This document shows, in pieces, positions 1 to 8,617 of a DNA stretch of 32,000 nt. The notes below the pieces were generated by a model. The model was not told the DNA's origin. It saw nothing but the letters and a program-made list of their open reading frames with translations, and did no database searches. Position 1 is the first letter of the stretch; each line of letters starts with the position of its first letter. The stretch is from contig NC_014205.1 of NCBI RefSeq assembly GCF_000092465.1, positions 1,080,001-1,112,000 of the forward strand. Reading direction: 5' to 3'. The stretch comes from Staphylothermus hellenicus DSM 12710. Its GTDB lineage: Archaea; Thermoproteota; Thermoprotei_A; Sulfolobales; Desulfurococcaceae. The position numbers and the translations under genes are program-made.

Positions 1-42
1 AAAAGATATTGATTATAAATTATCTTTTACCTAAAATAATCT

Positions 43-1743
43 TTATCTCCTTCTTGCGTAGTAGTACCATACTCCTATTATTATGATTATGATTATTGTT
101 ATTATTACTCCCCACGTTGTCGCACTTATACCTCCACCTGCAGCTACCGGTGTTGTAGTTGTTGTAGTAGTTGGTGGAACAGTTGTTGTCGTTGTAGTAG
201 TCGTTGTGCTTGTTGTTGTTGGGGATGTTATGGTTGGTGAAGGTAGTGATGAAGTAGTTGTAGTCGTGGCCGTTGTTGTGGTAGTAGTTTTAGTCGTAGT
301 AGGTGTAGTGGTGGTAGTAGTCGTAGTTGATGGTGGAGTGGTCATTGTAGTAGTTGAGGTGGTAGTTGTTGCTGTGGTTGTTGTGGTTGGTGGCAAGGTC
401 GTAGTTGTTGTAGTTGTAGTTGGTGGTACTGTTGTTGTGGTTGTAGTTGTAGTAGTCGTGGTCGTAGTAGTTGGTGGAACAGTTGTAGTAGTAGTGGTCG
501 TGGTAGTAGTCGTAGTCGTGGTAGGTGATGGAGTAGTAGTGGTGGTTGGTGGAACAGTTGTAGTAGTTGTCGTGGTCGTGGTAGTGGTGGTAGTTGTAGT
601 TGGAGGCGGAGTAGTCGTTGTAGTTGTAGATGGTGGAGAGGTTGTAGTGGTTGTGGTTGTCGTGGCCGTTGTTGTTGTAGTTGTTGTAGTAGTTGGTGGA
701 ACAGTTGTTGTCGTTGTAGTAGTCGTTGTGCTTGTTGTTGTTGGGGATGTTGTTGTCGTGGTGGTCGTAGTGGTTGTGGTAGTGGTAGTGGTTGGTGTTG
801 GTGTTATTAGTTCTCCGGTTGATAGTTTTATGCCGCTGACTGTGGCCATTGAGTTGGCGGCTGCATCATAGCTTGACAGCATGTTGTATTGGTCTTGCGC
901 TGTTGGTGCCAGAAGATCAATTATCATCGGCTGCACACCAGCATTAATCGCTTCAGGATCCCCGCCGCCGAACTCCCACTCACTTGGGTCTCCAGCTTTT
1001 ATGCTTCTCACCTTGTAGGGTGCGTATCCATCGTATCCTGCTAGTGCTACAACGAATACCCAATCCTTAATATTGCCTACATCCGCGAGCAAGGACTTGC
1101 TTACATTGGCCACTATAGTGTTATTGTCTGATGGATCAAGATAGACATCTATTGTGTTGTTGAGTGTTTCAACTGCTAGTAGTTTCCCTGTTGCATCATA
1201 TAGTGCTGATAATTGTCCCTTTGGTACTGGGGCAGTATCCCAGCCTGGCACCATTAATAATACATAGTTCCATCCATGCCAGATCTCAACGTTTAAGCCA
1301 ATGGTAGAGGTGTTCTTCGGTAATGTATCATCTGTTGTCAACATATAGATCTGTATGTGTTGTAGACAGAACCCATTAGGGCCATTCCACGGATTATCAC
1401 CAAGATTCTTAACAGTAACCTTGAAGTAAACATTATCGGAATCCTCATATACTCCAAACTTTAACATGTCAAAGACTCCGGGCTGGAACACTTCGTTGGT
1501 TGGATATGTTATGTTTCCATAACCATTATCGTCACCCTCAGGATCAGCTAGTTCTCCTACAAGTGTAAGCCCTGGAGCAACAGGCCTAGCGTTAAAGGAA
1601 AACCATGTTATCATATCTGCAACAAGTTTCTTCATGGTATTCTGGGTATTAGCTGTTGTGTTTTTGATTCCGATTGTTGAGGGGGTTAGTATGGATAATA
1701 CTAGTATGGCCAATAGTATGAGTGATACATATTTATAATTCAT
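43..1743 (-). CDS. Cell-surface protein: signal peptide, glucodextranase-C/SLH-like surface domain, ~250-aa poly-Thr stalk, C-terminal TM anchor
   Basis: 566-aa ORF. It has an N-terminal hydrophobic signal-like segment (YVSLILLAILVLSILTPSTIG). The motif DPEGDDNGYGNITYPT...GVFDMLKFGVYED resembles, from memory, the glucodextranase C-terminal surface-binding module. A stalk of almost pure Thr follows, punctuated by VPP/PP/SP. The C-terminus is GISATTWGVIITIIIIIIIGVWYYYARRR (TM plus basic tail). Confidence 0.8.
   Translation of the reverse strand: MNYKYVSLILLAILVLSILTPSTIGIKNTTANTQNTMKKLVADMITWFSFNARPVAPGLTLVGELADPEGDDNGYGNITYPTNEVFQPGVFDMLKFGVYEDSDNVYFKVTVKNLGDNPWNGPNGFCLQHIQIYMLTTDDTLPKNTSTIGLNVEIWHGWNYVLLMVPGWDTAPVPKGQLSALYDATGKLLAVETLNNTIDVYLDPSDNNTIVANVSKSLLADVGNIKDWVFVVALAGYDGYAPYKVRSIKAGDPSEWEFGGGDPEAINAGVQPMIIDLLAPTAQDQYNMLSSYDAAANSMATVSGIKLSTGELITPTPTTTTTTTTTTTTTTTSPTTTSTTTTTTTTTVPPTTTTTTTTTATTTTTTTTSPPSTTTTTTPPPTTTTTTTTTTTTTTTVPPTTTTTPSPTTTTTTTTTTTTTTVPPTTTTTTTTTTTTTTVPPTTTTTTTTLPPTTTTTATTTTSTTTMTTPPSTTTTTTTTPTTTKTTTTTTATTTTTSSLPSPTITSPTTTSTTTTTTTTTVPPTTTTTTTPVAAGGGISATTWGVIITIIIIIIIGVWYYYARRR
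151..229. repeat. 79-bp perfect direct repeat, copy A, inside the poly-Thr stalk coding region
   Basis: Compared base by base, 151-229 is identical to 673-751. The offset is 522 bp (in frame, 174 codons). Both copies encode SPTTTSTTTTTTTTTVPPTTTTTTT on the minus strand. Confidence 0.95.
401..522. repeat. Thr-stalk cassette shared with the neighbouring gene (matches 2365-2483)
   Basis: 401-490 is identical to 2365-2454 (90 bp). A single 3-nt (one codon) indel follows. Then 494-522 is identical to 2455-2483. Confidence 0.95.
673..751. repeat. 79-bp perfect direct repeat, copy B
   Basis: Identical to 151-229. The flanking bases differ on both sides. Confidence 0.95.
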
Positions 1744-2100
1744 ATTAGCTTCACCCTACACCATAACATATTAATCGATAAATAATATAGCACCAAGTTA
1801 TTTATTAATTCATTGGTTTGACTACGAGATACAATCAATGTATCCTATAGGCTATTTAAGGGAATGGTTTAATTTTAACAAACGCATATATTTTAATTGA
1901 AGTAAGATAAGATTAATAGTGCATCTAAGAGGTAAATATGATTTCCTAATGTATACAAACATGTAATCTATTACAACAAATACTAGGCAGCTCACTAATC
2001 CCAGCTACTATGACATCTCCGCTGTTAACAGCTGGTTCACCTACTATTACAGCTCCATCGACTACTACGGGACAAGTACAAGTAAGCTATATTGGTCTCT

Positions 2101-2161
2101 CGGAATCCTCATATACTCCAAACTTTAACATGTCAAAGACTCCGGGCTGAAACACTGCGTT
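2101..2161. repeat. Intergenic 61-bp copy of an internal fragment of the 43-1743 gene
   Basis: 2101-2161 matches 1437-1497 with 2 mismatches (1486 g vs 2150 a; 1493 t vs 2157 g). The first 49 nt are identical and the orientation is the same. The flanks are unrelated. Confidence 0.95.
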
Positions 2162-2255
2162 AGGAGGAGAAAATGAATAGGTTTAAATAATAAATGATGG
2201 TTTTCCGAGAGAAAAAAATAAAATATTTTTTAGTATTTATCTCTTGATTATTTGT

Positions 2256-5200
2256 TTATCTCTTTTTTGCGTAGTAGTACCATGCTACTACTCCTATTAT
2301 TATGATCACGATTATTGTTGTTATTATTCCCCAAGTTGTCGCACTTATACCTGCTGCTGGTGCAGTAGTTGTTGTAGTTGTAGTTGGTGGTACTGTTGTT
2401 GTGGTTGTAGTTGTAGTAGTCGTGGTCGTAGTAGTTGGTGGAACAGTTGTAGTAGTGGTCGTGGTAGTAGTCGTAGTCGTGGTTGTAGTTGTTGCTGGAG
2501 GTGTTGTGGTTGTTGTTGTAGTTGTTGTAGTCGTAGTAGTTGTTGTGGTAGTTGTTGTAGTTGGAGGTGCTGTAATAACTGTTAATTCTAGTGATCTTAC
2601 TATTGCTGTTCCAGATTCTGGATGCTGAATTACTATGACAAGGTAATATGTTCCTGACTCGCTGAAGAACTGTGATACTAGTTCGTTGCTGAAGCTGATC
2701 TTGTAAACACCGCCGCCCTGGTCAACTATGACATCTTCTGGGACATCACCTATCTTAACTGTTCCGTTCTCCGTTGGTTTATAAATAGATGCCAATATGA
2801 TGAAGCCTGTTGGTGTTAACTCCTGATATTGTGGAGCTATCTGTACAAGCTTTAATGTCGCTTGTACATCGAATGCGCCAATAACTATTTCAGGAACCGA
2901 TATGTCTACTAGCTGTGGTACTACCAGTTTGAACTTATTGGTCCAATATCCCTTCGGATATACATTGTCATATGGCTTGAAGTATTTCATTACTAGCTCA
3001 TAAGTGGATGGACTGTAAGATTCTACGTAGAATGGCCCATTGCTGATCATTGCATGGCCATGGGTGTTTATGAAGTTGATTGCATCTGTGTATCTTGTTG
3101 ATGCATCATTGACTGTTAGTCCTGGAAATGTTGATATGTATGGTGGTATAAAGTTCTCTGTTTGCAGAGTTTGTAATGCCTCCTTCACTTTTGAGGCATG
3201 CCCTGGATCAATGAAGCTTATGCCAACACTTTCTCCTTCACGATCAGTCCATCCAAATGGATAGGATGAGCCTGGAGGTGTTATTTTGTTCACGATTAAA
3301 TGCTCTGCAGCAGCCATCACGTGCCATGGTACATCAGGCCATAATGCAATCTGATATGCAACCAATACTTTATATACGTCATCGTATGGTGTATAGATTT
3401 CAATAGTGGTGCTGTTTAGTACCTTAATACCATAAATAGTGCCCATAATCCATGACATGGCGGAATCTATTTCTGGATCATAGTATGGATCAGTTTCATT
3501 AGTGACTTGTGAATCATCAAAGCTCCATTCCCAGTAGAATCCATACCAGTACAGGACATCTGCCATTGTTATATCTGATCCATCATGCCATTTACCAAAC
3601 TTATAGTTTAATATAAGCTTTACAGGTGCTGATGTAGGCTTACCGCCATAGAAGTAGTCGGCTGCCTGATCATTCATATTCTGCGTGTTAACCCACTTGT
3701 CCTGCACAGGATCATATACGTAGGCATCGTTTGGTATTGTGAAGTTTCCACGTTTAACATCGAAGCTTTGTACACGTACTGGCTCTGGCATGCCTGTATC
3801 GGGTCTGGGGTAAAATGCGAAGTCTCTTATTTGCCTACCCATTAACTCGCTGTACACATCAGTAAATCCTAGCACCGTGTTCCATGCACTCATGAATAAT
3901 GCTCCAGATGATGAAAACTCGACTATCCTCAGTTTTCCATCAGTTGTCGTCAATGTTCTTATAGCCCATGGTGTCCAGAATCCAGTAGCCTTACCTGGAA
4001 TTAGAGAAACTACTCTATCCTTATTGGCAGCTGTGTATTCCCAGTTCTCTGTTACGAATATTCTTATTGACTGCTCAACACCTGCTTTAAGCATCCATGC
4101 GATCTCATCGAATAATTGGTCTACGGTTTCCTCGGTATATGTACCATAATATAGATCTACTCCTTTTTCATACATTGTTCTGTTAAACCAGTACCACCAA
4201 GCACTTACACGGTGGTTTGGACCATATCCTCTTAGTGGTGCATAGAAGAATGCTGTATCATATCTTGCCCATACATCGATGTCCTCACCCATGCTCACCC
4301 ATCCTTCAGTATACATGCTCCATACTACTCCGCCTAATGCAGTACTTGTCGTTACCGGGTTGGTTCCATATATTACTGGTGTTACAACGCTTCTCTCTTT
4401 CTCTATTCTGTTAACTTTTATGTAGAAGTATTTCTCGATCCAATCAGCGATTTGTCTACCGGTATATAATCTCTCATCTTCTACACGTATTACGAAATGG
4501 ACTGTGACAATTTCTTCGCTGCCATCTGGTTTTACAAAGTATAACCATTTGCCTCCGGGCGCGTCAGAGGCATCTCTTAACTGAAGATCCATTCCGTATT
4601 GCTGATAGATCTTCTTAACTTTTTGTAGTGCATTCAAGAAGATTTGTTGTGCTTTTTGTTTGTCGCCAGTTGGTGTTAATCCTAGTTGTTCATATATTTG
4701 TTTAGCGTGGTCATACCATGGATGGCTAGGCCTTATTGCTCCTAATGCAGGTGTAGCGCTTCCACCATAGATCTTTCTAACAATTAGGTCTCTGTCTATT
4801 AGGAATTCTAGAGCAAACCTCATTTCGCGAATGCCCCATGGGTTAAAGTGTACTTTGCTCCAAGGAATATTCGTTCCAAGATCTGTCCAGTTTACCCAGT
4901 TTGTTGGTGGATCCCATACGAGTAGTCCGGGTATTTGTCTTCCTGTCAAGTTCTCATCAGCTAGCTCCACAATACCCTCTGCATTAGGGTCAATCACGTT
5001 AGCAGCAGGGTTTAATGCTATGTCAACATATGTGGTTGTTGATCTAATTAGTTTTAGGTTTTGACGATACTGTGGATCAATCGCATCATATCTGTATAGT
5101 GGCGTTGACCAAGCAAATACATCAGCTTTTCCCTGTGCAACCTGCAATATTGCAGGTTCTTCCTGTGTTGATGTTGTCCAATCAATCTCAGTTACTGGTT

Positions 5201-5297
5201 GTCCTTGAGTTTGAGCCATTGTAATTGGAGGAGTAAATGATAATACTAGTATGGTTAACGCCAAGATTCCAATTAATAGTTTATAATTCACAATCAT
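2256..5297 (-). CDS. ABC transporter substrate-binding protein, family 5 (oligopeptide/dipeptide type), with poly-Thr stalk and C-terminal TM anchor
   Basis: 1013-aa ORF with an N-terminal signal-like segment (LLIGILALTILVLSFTPPITMAQ). A large alpha/beta domain has the general look of Opp/Dpp-type binding proteins. Opp/Dpp-type ATPase genes lie 0.9 kb upstream on the same strand. The C-terminus has ~75 aa of Thr with VPP/PPA interruptions, then GISATTWGIITTIIVIIIIGVVAWYYYAKKR. Confidence 0.7.
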   Translation of the reverse strand: MIVNYKLLIGILALTILVLSFTPPITMAQTQGQPVTEIDWTTSTQEEPAILQVAQGKADVFAWSTPLYRYDAIDPQYRQNLKLIRSTTTYVDIALNPAANVIDPNAEGIVELADENLTGRQIPGLLVWDPPTNWVNWTDLGTNIPWSKVHFNPWGIREMRFALEFLIDRDLIVRKIYGGSATPALGAIRPSHPWYDHAKQIYEQLGLTPTGDKQKAQQIFLNALQKVKKIYQQYGMDLQLRDASDAPGGKWLYFVKPDGSEEIVTVHFVIRVEDERLYTGRQIADWIEKYFYIKVNRIEKERSVVTPVIYGTNPVTTSTALGGVVWSMYTEGWVSMGEDIDVWARYDTAFFYAPLRGYGPNHRVSAWWYWFNRTMYEKGVDLYYGTYTEETVDQLFDEIAWMLKAGVEQSIRIFVTENWEYTAANKDRVVSLIPGKATGFWTPWAIRTLTTTDGKLRIVEFSSSGALFMSAWNTVLGFTDVYSELMGRQIRDFAFYPRPDTGMPEPVRVQSFDVKRGNFTIPNDAYVYDPVQDKWVNTQNMNDQAADYFYGGKPTSAPVKLILNYKFGKWHDGSDITMADVLYWYGFYWEWSFDDSQVTNETDPYYDPEIDSAMSWIMGTIYGIKVLNSTTIEIYTPYDDVYKVLVAYQIALWPDVPWHVMAAAEHLIVNKITPPGSSYPFGWTDREGESVGISFIDPGHASKVKEALQTLQTENFIPPYISTFPGLTVNDASTRYTDAINFINTHGHAMISNGPFYVESYSPSTYELVMKYFKPYDNVYPKGYWTNKFKLVVPQLVDISVPEIVIGAFDVQATLKLVQIAPQYQELTPTGFIILASIYKPTENGTVKIGDVPEDVIVDQGGGVYKISFSNELVSQFFSESGTYYLVIVIQHPESGTAIVRSLELTVITAPPTTTTTTTTTTTTTTTTTTTTPPATTTTTTTTTTTTTTTTVPPTTTTTTTTTTTTTTVPPTTTTTTTAPAAGISATTWGIITTIIVIIIIGVVAWYYYAKKR
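2365..2483. repeat. Thr-stalk cassette shared with the 43-1743 gene
   Basis: See 401-522. It is identical except for one codon indel. Confidence 0.95.
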
Positions 5298-5368
5298 ACA
5301 CCCCGTTTGAAATGAGATTAGTTGTCCTACTGATATTCAATTACACAGTAATTCCTTAAAAAAGTTTT

Positions 5369-5444
5369 TATAGGAATATATGTTCAATATTTTGATTCAT
5401 ATATGGGCAAAATATTTGGCTATGAATATATAGGAAAATATGTT
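5369..5444. promoter_or_regulatory. Two copies of TATAGGAA(T/A)ATATGTT upstream of the binding-protein gene (candidate operator)
   Basis: 5369-5384 is tataggaatatatgtt and 5429-5444 is tataggaaaatatgtt (15/16 identical, 60 bp apart). They lie 72-147 nt upstream of the minus-strand start at 5297. The core GAATATATGTT recurs at 8450-8460. Confidence 0.3.
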
Positions 5445-5683
5445 ATGCTCCCTAAAAATGGGATTGTATATCGATAAATATAACTTGTCATTATTTAGAA
5501 ATTCTAAGGATTAGGAGAAGTATAAAACAATATAGGGTGGAATTTGAAATATAAAGAGGATTATGAGGAAGACTGTAGAAGAGGACAGAAGAATATTATC
5601 AAGTATGAAATAGCGAATATTATTGTAAAGGATAATTATCAAAAGCATATTTAAAAATATAATAAGTTTAGAGGGAGACATAA

Positions 5684-6181
5684 ATGGAACAGGATGTTAA
5701 GAGATTGATGAAAAAGGAGATATTAATAGCAGTTATCGGTGGGATCCTTGCTATTTCAGCTCTATTTTTGGTCTACATAAGTGATCTATATGTATTAGCT
5801 AATCCTATATATTGTGAAGAAAAACTTATTGATAAAAACTTCACACAGATACCTATGAATTCGACTGTATTATATTTCTACCCAAATAGTTCATCTTATA
5901 GAACGAAGTTATCTATTACAGGTGATCACGGAGTCATAGTTCTTGGTAGTCGTGTATATAATTTAACGCTTTTAAAGAAAATAAATAAAAACTTAATAGG
6001 AATAGCACGGTTTAATGTTACATACGTTGAAGGAAATATTTCTTATTCTTACATTATTGAAAGAATATATAAGCCATATAATTTCTTGGCTCTTCCAGCG
6101 TTTTTCCTTGCTATGATTGGTAATGTTGCTGTAATAATTAGCTTGTACAGGATTATCATGCTTAGAGCACGTATACAGTAA
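5684..6181 (+). CDS. Hypothetical membrane-anchored protein (N- and C-terminal TM segments, several N-x-S/T sequons)
   Basis: 165-aa ORF. GGAG lies 8 nt before the ATG (tttagagggagacataaATG). TM-like segments are ILIAVIGGILAISALFLVYI and LALPAFFLAMIGNVAVIISLY. I recognise no family. Confidence 0.55.
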   Translation: MEQDVKRLMKKEILIAVIGGILAISALFLVYISDLYVLANPIYCEEKLIDKNFTQIPMNSTVLYFYPNSSSYRTKLSITGDHGVIVLGSRVYNLTLLKKINKNLIGIARFNVTYVEGNISYSYIIERIYKPYNFLALPAFFLAMIGNVAVIISLYRIIMLRARIQ

Positions 6182-6193
6182 AAAAGGCTTAGG

Positions 6194-7360
6194 CTATTTT
6201 CTTATCATTTTAATTATTTCCTCTGGGTTTCCGTAGAGCCAGCATGAGACCCAGTGATTCTTCTCGATCTCGATTAATGGTGGCTCAACTGATCTACAGT
6301 ATTTCTGCAGTTCTGGATGCTGATCGTAACTTACACATCTTGGATGGAATCTGCAGCCAGGAGGTATATTAATTGCACTTGGGACTTCACCCTTTATAGG
6401 TACCTCTCTTATTTTTTCCCTATTCTTAGGGTCTGGTTCAGGTATTGCCTTGATTAATGCTTTTGTGTATGGATGCATTGGGTTTTCAAGTATTGTGCGT
6501 GTTTCTCCCATTTCTACTATTTTTCCTAGATACATTATTGCTAATTTGTTTGTAATATATCTCGCAACTGCTAGGTCGTGTGTTATGAAGATATATGTGA
6601 GATTCATCTTTTTCTTTAATTCCATCATTAACTCGAGTATTTCTGCTCTAATAGACACATCTAGCATTGATACAGGCTCATCTGCAACTATGAATCTTGG
6701 TTGTAGAATTAGAGCTCTCGCAATACCTACACGTTGTCTCTGACCACCAGACAACATATGGGGGTAACGATACATGAAGTCTTCGGGAGGGGTGAGCTTG
6801 ACTTCTTCAAGTGCTCTAGCAACAATATCTATTCTTTCATCCTTAGTTACTCCAACACGGTGTATAATTAGCGGTTCCTCAAGGATCTTATAAATTGTTG
6901 CCCTAGGGTTCAAGCTTCCATAAGGGTCTTGGAATATCATTTGCATTTCTTTTCTAAGCGGTTTCAGATACTTTGAAGGGACCTTGGCAATGTCTATATC
7001 GCCATATTTATCAATAACCGGGGGCTCATAACCTAGTTCTTTCCATTCATCAAGTAATCTCTTTCTAGGACGATACCCTATAATACCCGAGGTTGGATCT
7101 ACAAGTCTTAGAATAGTCTTGCCGGTTGTTGTTTTACCACAGCCCGATTCTCCAGCTAATCCGAAAACATCTCCGTCTTCAATCTTAAACGATACCCCGT
7201 CTACTGCGTGAACATATCTCCTAGGAGCTCTTTTTATAACTTCTGTGAAGCTTCTACGTATTGGAAACCATGTTCTCAAATTATCGACAAATAGTACTGT
7301 GTTATCATCTGGAACAGGCCTGTATACATTTATAGATGTAGTTTCAGCCATGTATTTCAC
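6194..7360 (-). CDS. ABC transporter ATP-binding protein, OppF/DppF-like
   Basis: Walker [10 protein letters not shown], signature LSGGQRQR and Walker B FIVADEPVSMLD are present. The C-terminal Opp-type extension carries Cys residues (PPGCRFHPRC...C). The start overlaps the upstream ATPase stop by 4 nt (7357-7360). Confidence 0.9.
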   Translation of the reverse strand: MKYMAETTSINVYRPVPDDNTVLFVDNLRTWFPIRRSFTEVIKRAPRRYVHAVDGVSFKIEDGDVFGLAGESGCGKTTTGKTILRLVDPTSGIIGYRPRKRLLDEWKELGYEPPVIDKYGDIDIAKVPSKYLKPLRKEMQMIFQDPYGSLNPRATIYKILEEPLIIHRVGVTKDERIDIVARALEEVKLTPPEDFMYRYPHMLSGGQRQRVGIARALILQPRFIVADEPVSMLDVSIRAEILELMMELKKKMNLTYIFITHDLAVARYITNKLAIMYLGKIVEMGETRTILENPMHPYTKALIKAIPEPDPKNREKIREVPIKGEVPSAINIPPGCRFHPRCVSYDQHPELQKYCRSVEPPLIEIEKNHWVSCWLYGNPEEIIKMIRK

Positions 7361-8343
7361 CCTTCAGACTTTTTTGCGTGAAGCCAACATGAAACATAAT
7401 GTCCTGGCTCGACTTCAATTATTGGTGGTTCTTCTTTCCTACAAATATCCATTACATATTTGCATCTCGGAGCAAATCTACAGCCTGGAGGAGGAGCTGA
7501 TAAGTCTGGTGGTGTTCCCGGGATCCATTCCAGCTTTGATATTTCTCCTTTTATTCTAGGAATGCTTCGCAGTAATCCCTGTGTATATGGGTGTTGTGGA
7601 TTATAATAGATTTGCTCGGCTTTTCCATACTCAACTATTTTTCCAGCATACATGACTGCAACTTTATCAGCTATTTCCGCAATTAGGCTTAAATCGTGCG
7701 TGATAAGTATAATTGACATTTTTTGTTCTCTCTGCAGCTTCTTCAATAAATTCATTATTTGTGCTTGAACTACAACGTCTAATGCTGTTGTCGGCTCATC
7801 AGCTATTACTAGGGGTGGCCGTAGTGCTAGAGCCATAGCTATCATTACACGTTGCTTCATACCTCCAGATAACTCGTGAGGATAACTCCGAGCCCTTCTA
7901 CGATTGATCCCAACCATTTCCAATAACTTATATACCTCCTCCATAGCCTCCTTCTTGGTTAATCCTTTATGAAGCATCAATACCTCGGCTATTTGGTCGC
8001 CAACAGTAAATACGGGATTTAAAGCGTTCATTGCTCCCTGAAAGACCATACTGATCTTTTTCCACCTGATCTTTTTCCTGAACGCGTCATCGCTTAGTTT
8101 TAAAATGTTTTCTCCTTCAAAAATTATTTCGCCTGAAACAATTCTCCCAGGCGGAGGTACTAGTCTTATCAATGAATAAGCTGTCGTGCTCTTGCCACAG
8201 CCAGATTCTCCAGCTATACCTAATACCTCTCCCTTATTGAGCTCAAAAGATACGTCGTCAACAGCTTTAACAATACCCTTTGTTGTGTAAAAGTATGTTT
8301 TCAGGTGGCGGACCTCTAGTAGTTTTTCAGCCAAAACATACAC
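7357..8343 (-). CDS. ABC transporter ATP-binding protein, OppD/DppD-like
   Basis: Walker [10 protein letters not shown], signature LSGGMKQR and Walker [13 protein letters not shown] are present. The C-terminal [10 protein letters not shown] motif is typical of oligopeptide/dipeptide-type ATPases. Confidence 0.9.
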   Translation of the reverse strand: MYVLAEKLLEVRHLKTYFYTTKGIVKAVDDVSFELNKGEVLGIAGESGCGKSTTAYSLIRLVPPPGRIVSGEIIFEGENILKLSDDAFRKKIRWKKISMVFQGAMNALNPVFTVGDQIAEVLMLHKGLTKKEAMEEVYKLLEMVGINRRRARSYPHELSGGMKQRVMIAMALALRPPLVIADEPTTALDVVVQAQIMNLLKKLQREQKMSIILITHDLSLIAEIADKVAVMYAGKIVEYGKAEQIYYNPQHPYTQGLLRSIPRIKGEISKLEWIPGTPPDLSAPPPGCRFAPRCKYVMDICRKEEPPIIEVEPGHYVSCWLHAKKSEG

Positions 8344-8449
8344 CTCAGCCAGTAGACACCACTATTTAACAATGTCGATACATTCATAGATAACTTGCTC
8401 TCTAGCATTTATATTTTCCCATGCTTAAAAATATTAATGAAGATGTAGC

Positions 8450-8460
8450 GAATATATGTT
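8450..8460. promoter_or_regulatory. GAATATATGTT motif upstream of the ATPase pair (shared with 5374-5384)
   Basis: An exact 11-mer (GAATATATGTTnAA over 14 nt) lies 107-117 nt upstream of the 8343 start. It has the same orientation relative to the gene as the copies upstream of 5297. Confidence 0.25.
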
Positions 8461-8617
8461 TAACTTTAGGATAACCTATTCACTTAGTTATTTACGTATA
8501 TTTAAAGCCTGACCATTAAGGTAGATTTAGGGTTTAAGTATAAAGGTAAAAAATTGTTTTTAAAATGTTTGAATTAAGCTGTTATGCTGAAAACCTGGAT
8601 TTTATATGGTGTTTTAA

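Noticed and set aside
83-871. 262-aa Val/Gly-rich ORF on the plus strand
   Set aside because: It is the antisense shadow of the poly-Thr codons (ACN read backwards gives GTN/GGT). It has no independent signals, and the minus-strand gene has real domains.
2244-2628. Two overlapping plus-strand ORFs (Cys/Ser-rich 113 aa; Val-rich 108 aa)
   Set aside because: These are also antisense or frame-shifted shadows, here of the Thr stalk of the binding-protein gene.
3040-5064. Short plus-strand ORFs inside the binding-protein gene (3040-3264, 3877-4149, 4217-4414, 4831-5064). Similar antisense ORFs occur inside other genes (e.g. 6450-6743, 8647-8871, 9509-9808, 11263-11574, 11746-12186, 25062-25481, 27648-28085, 29574-30017).
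   Set aside because: They lie entirely within longer, motif-bearing genes on the opposite strand. Their composition is low-complexity or hydrophobic, typical of AT-rich antisense frames.
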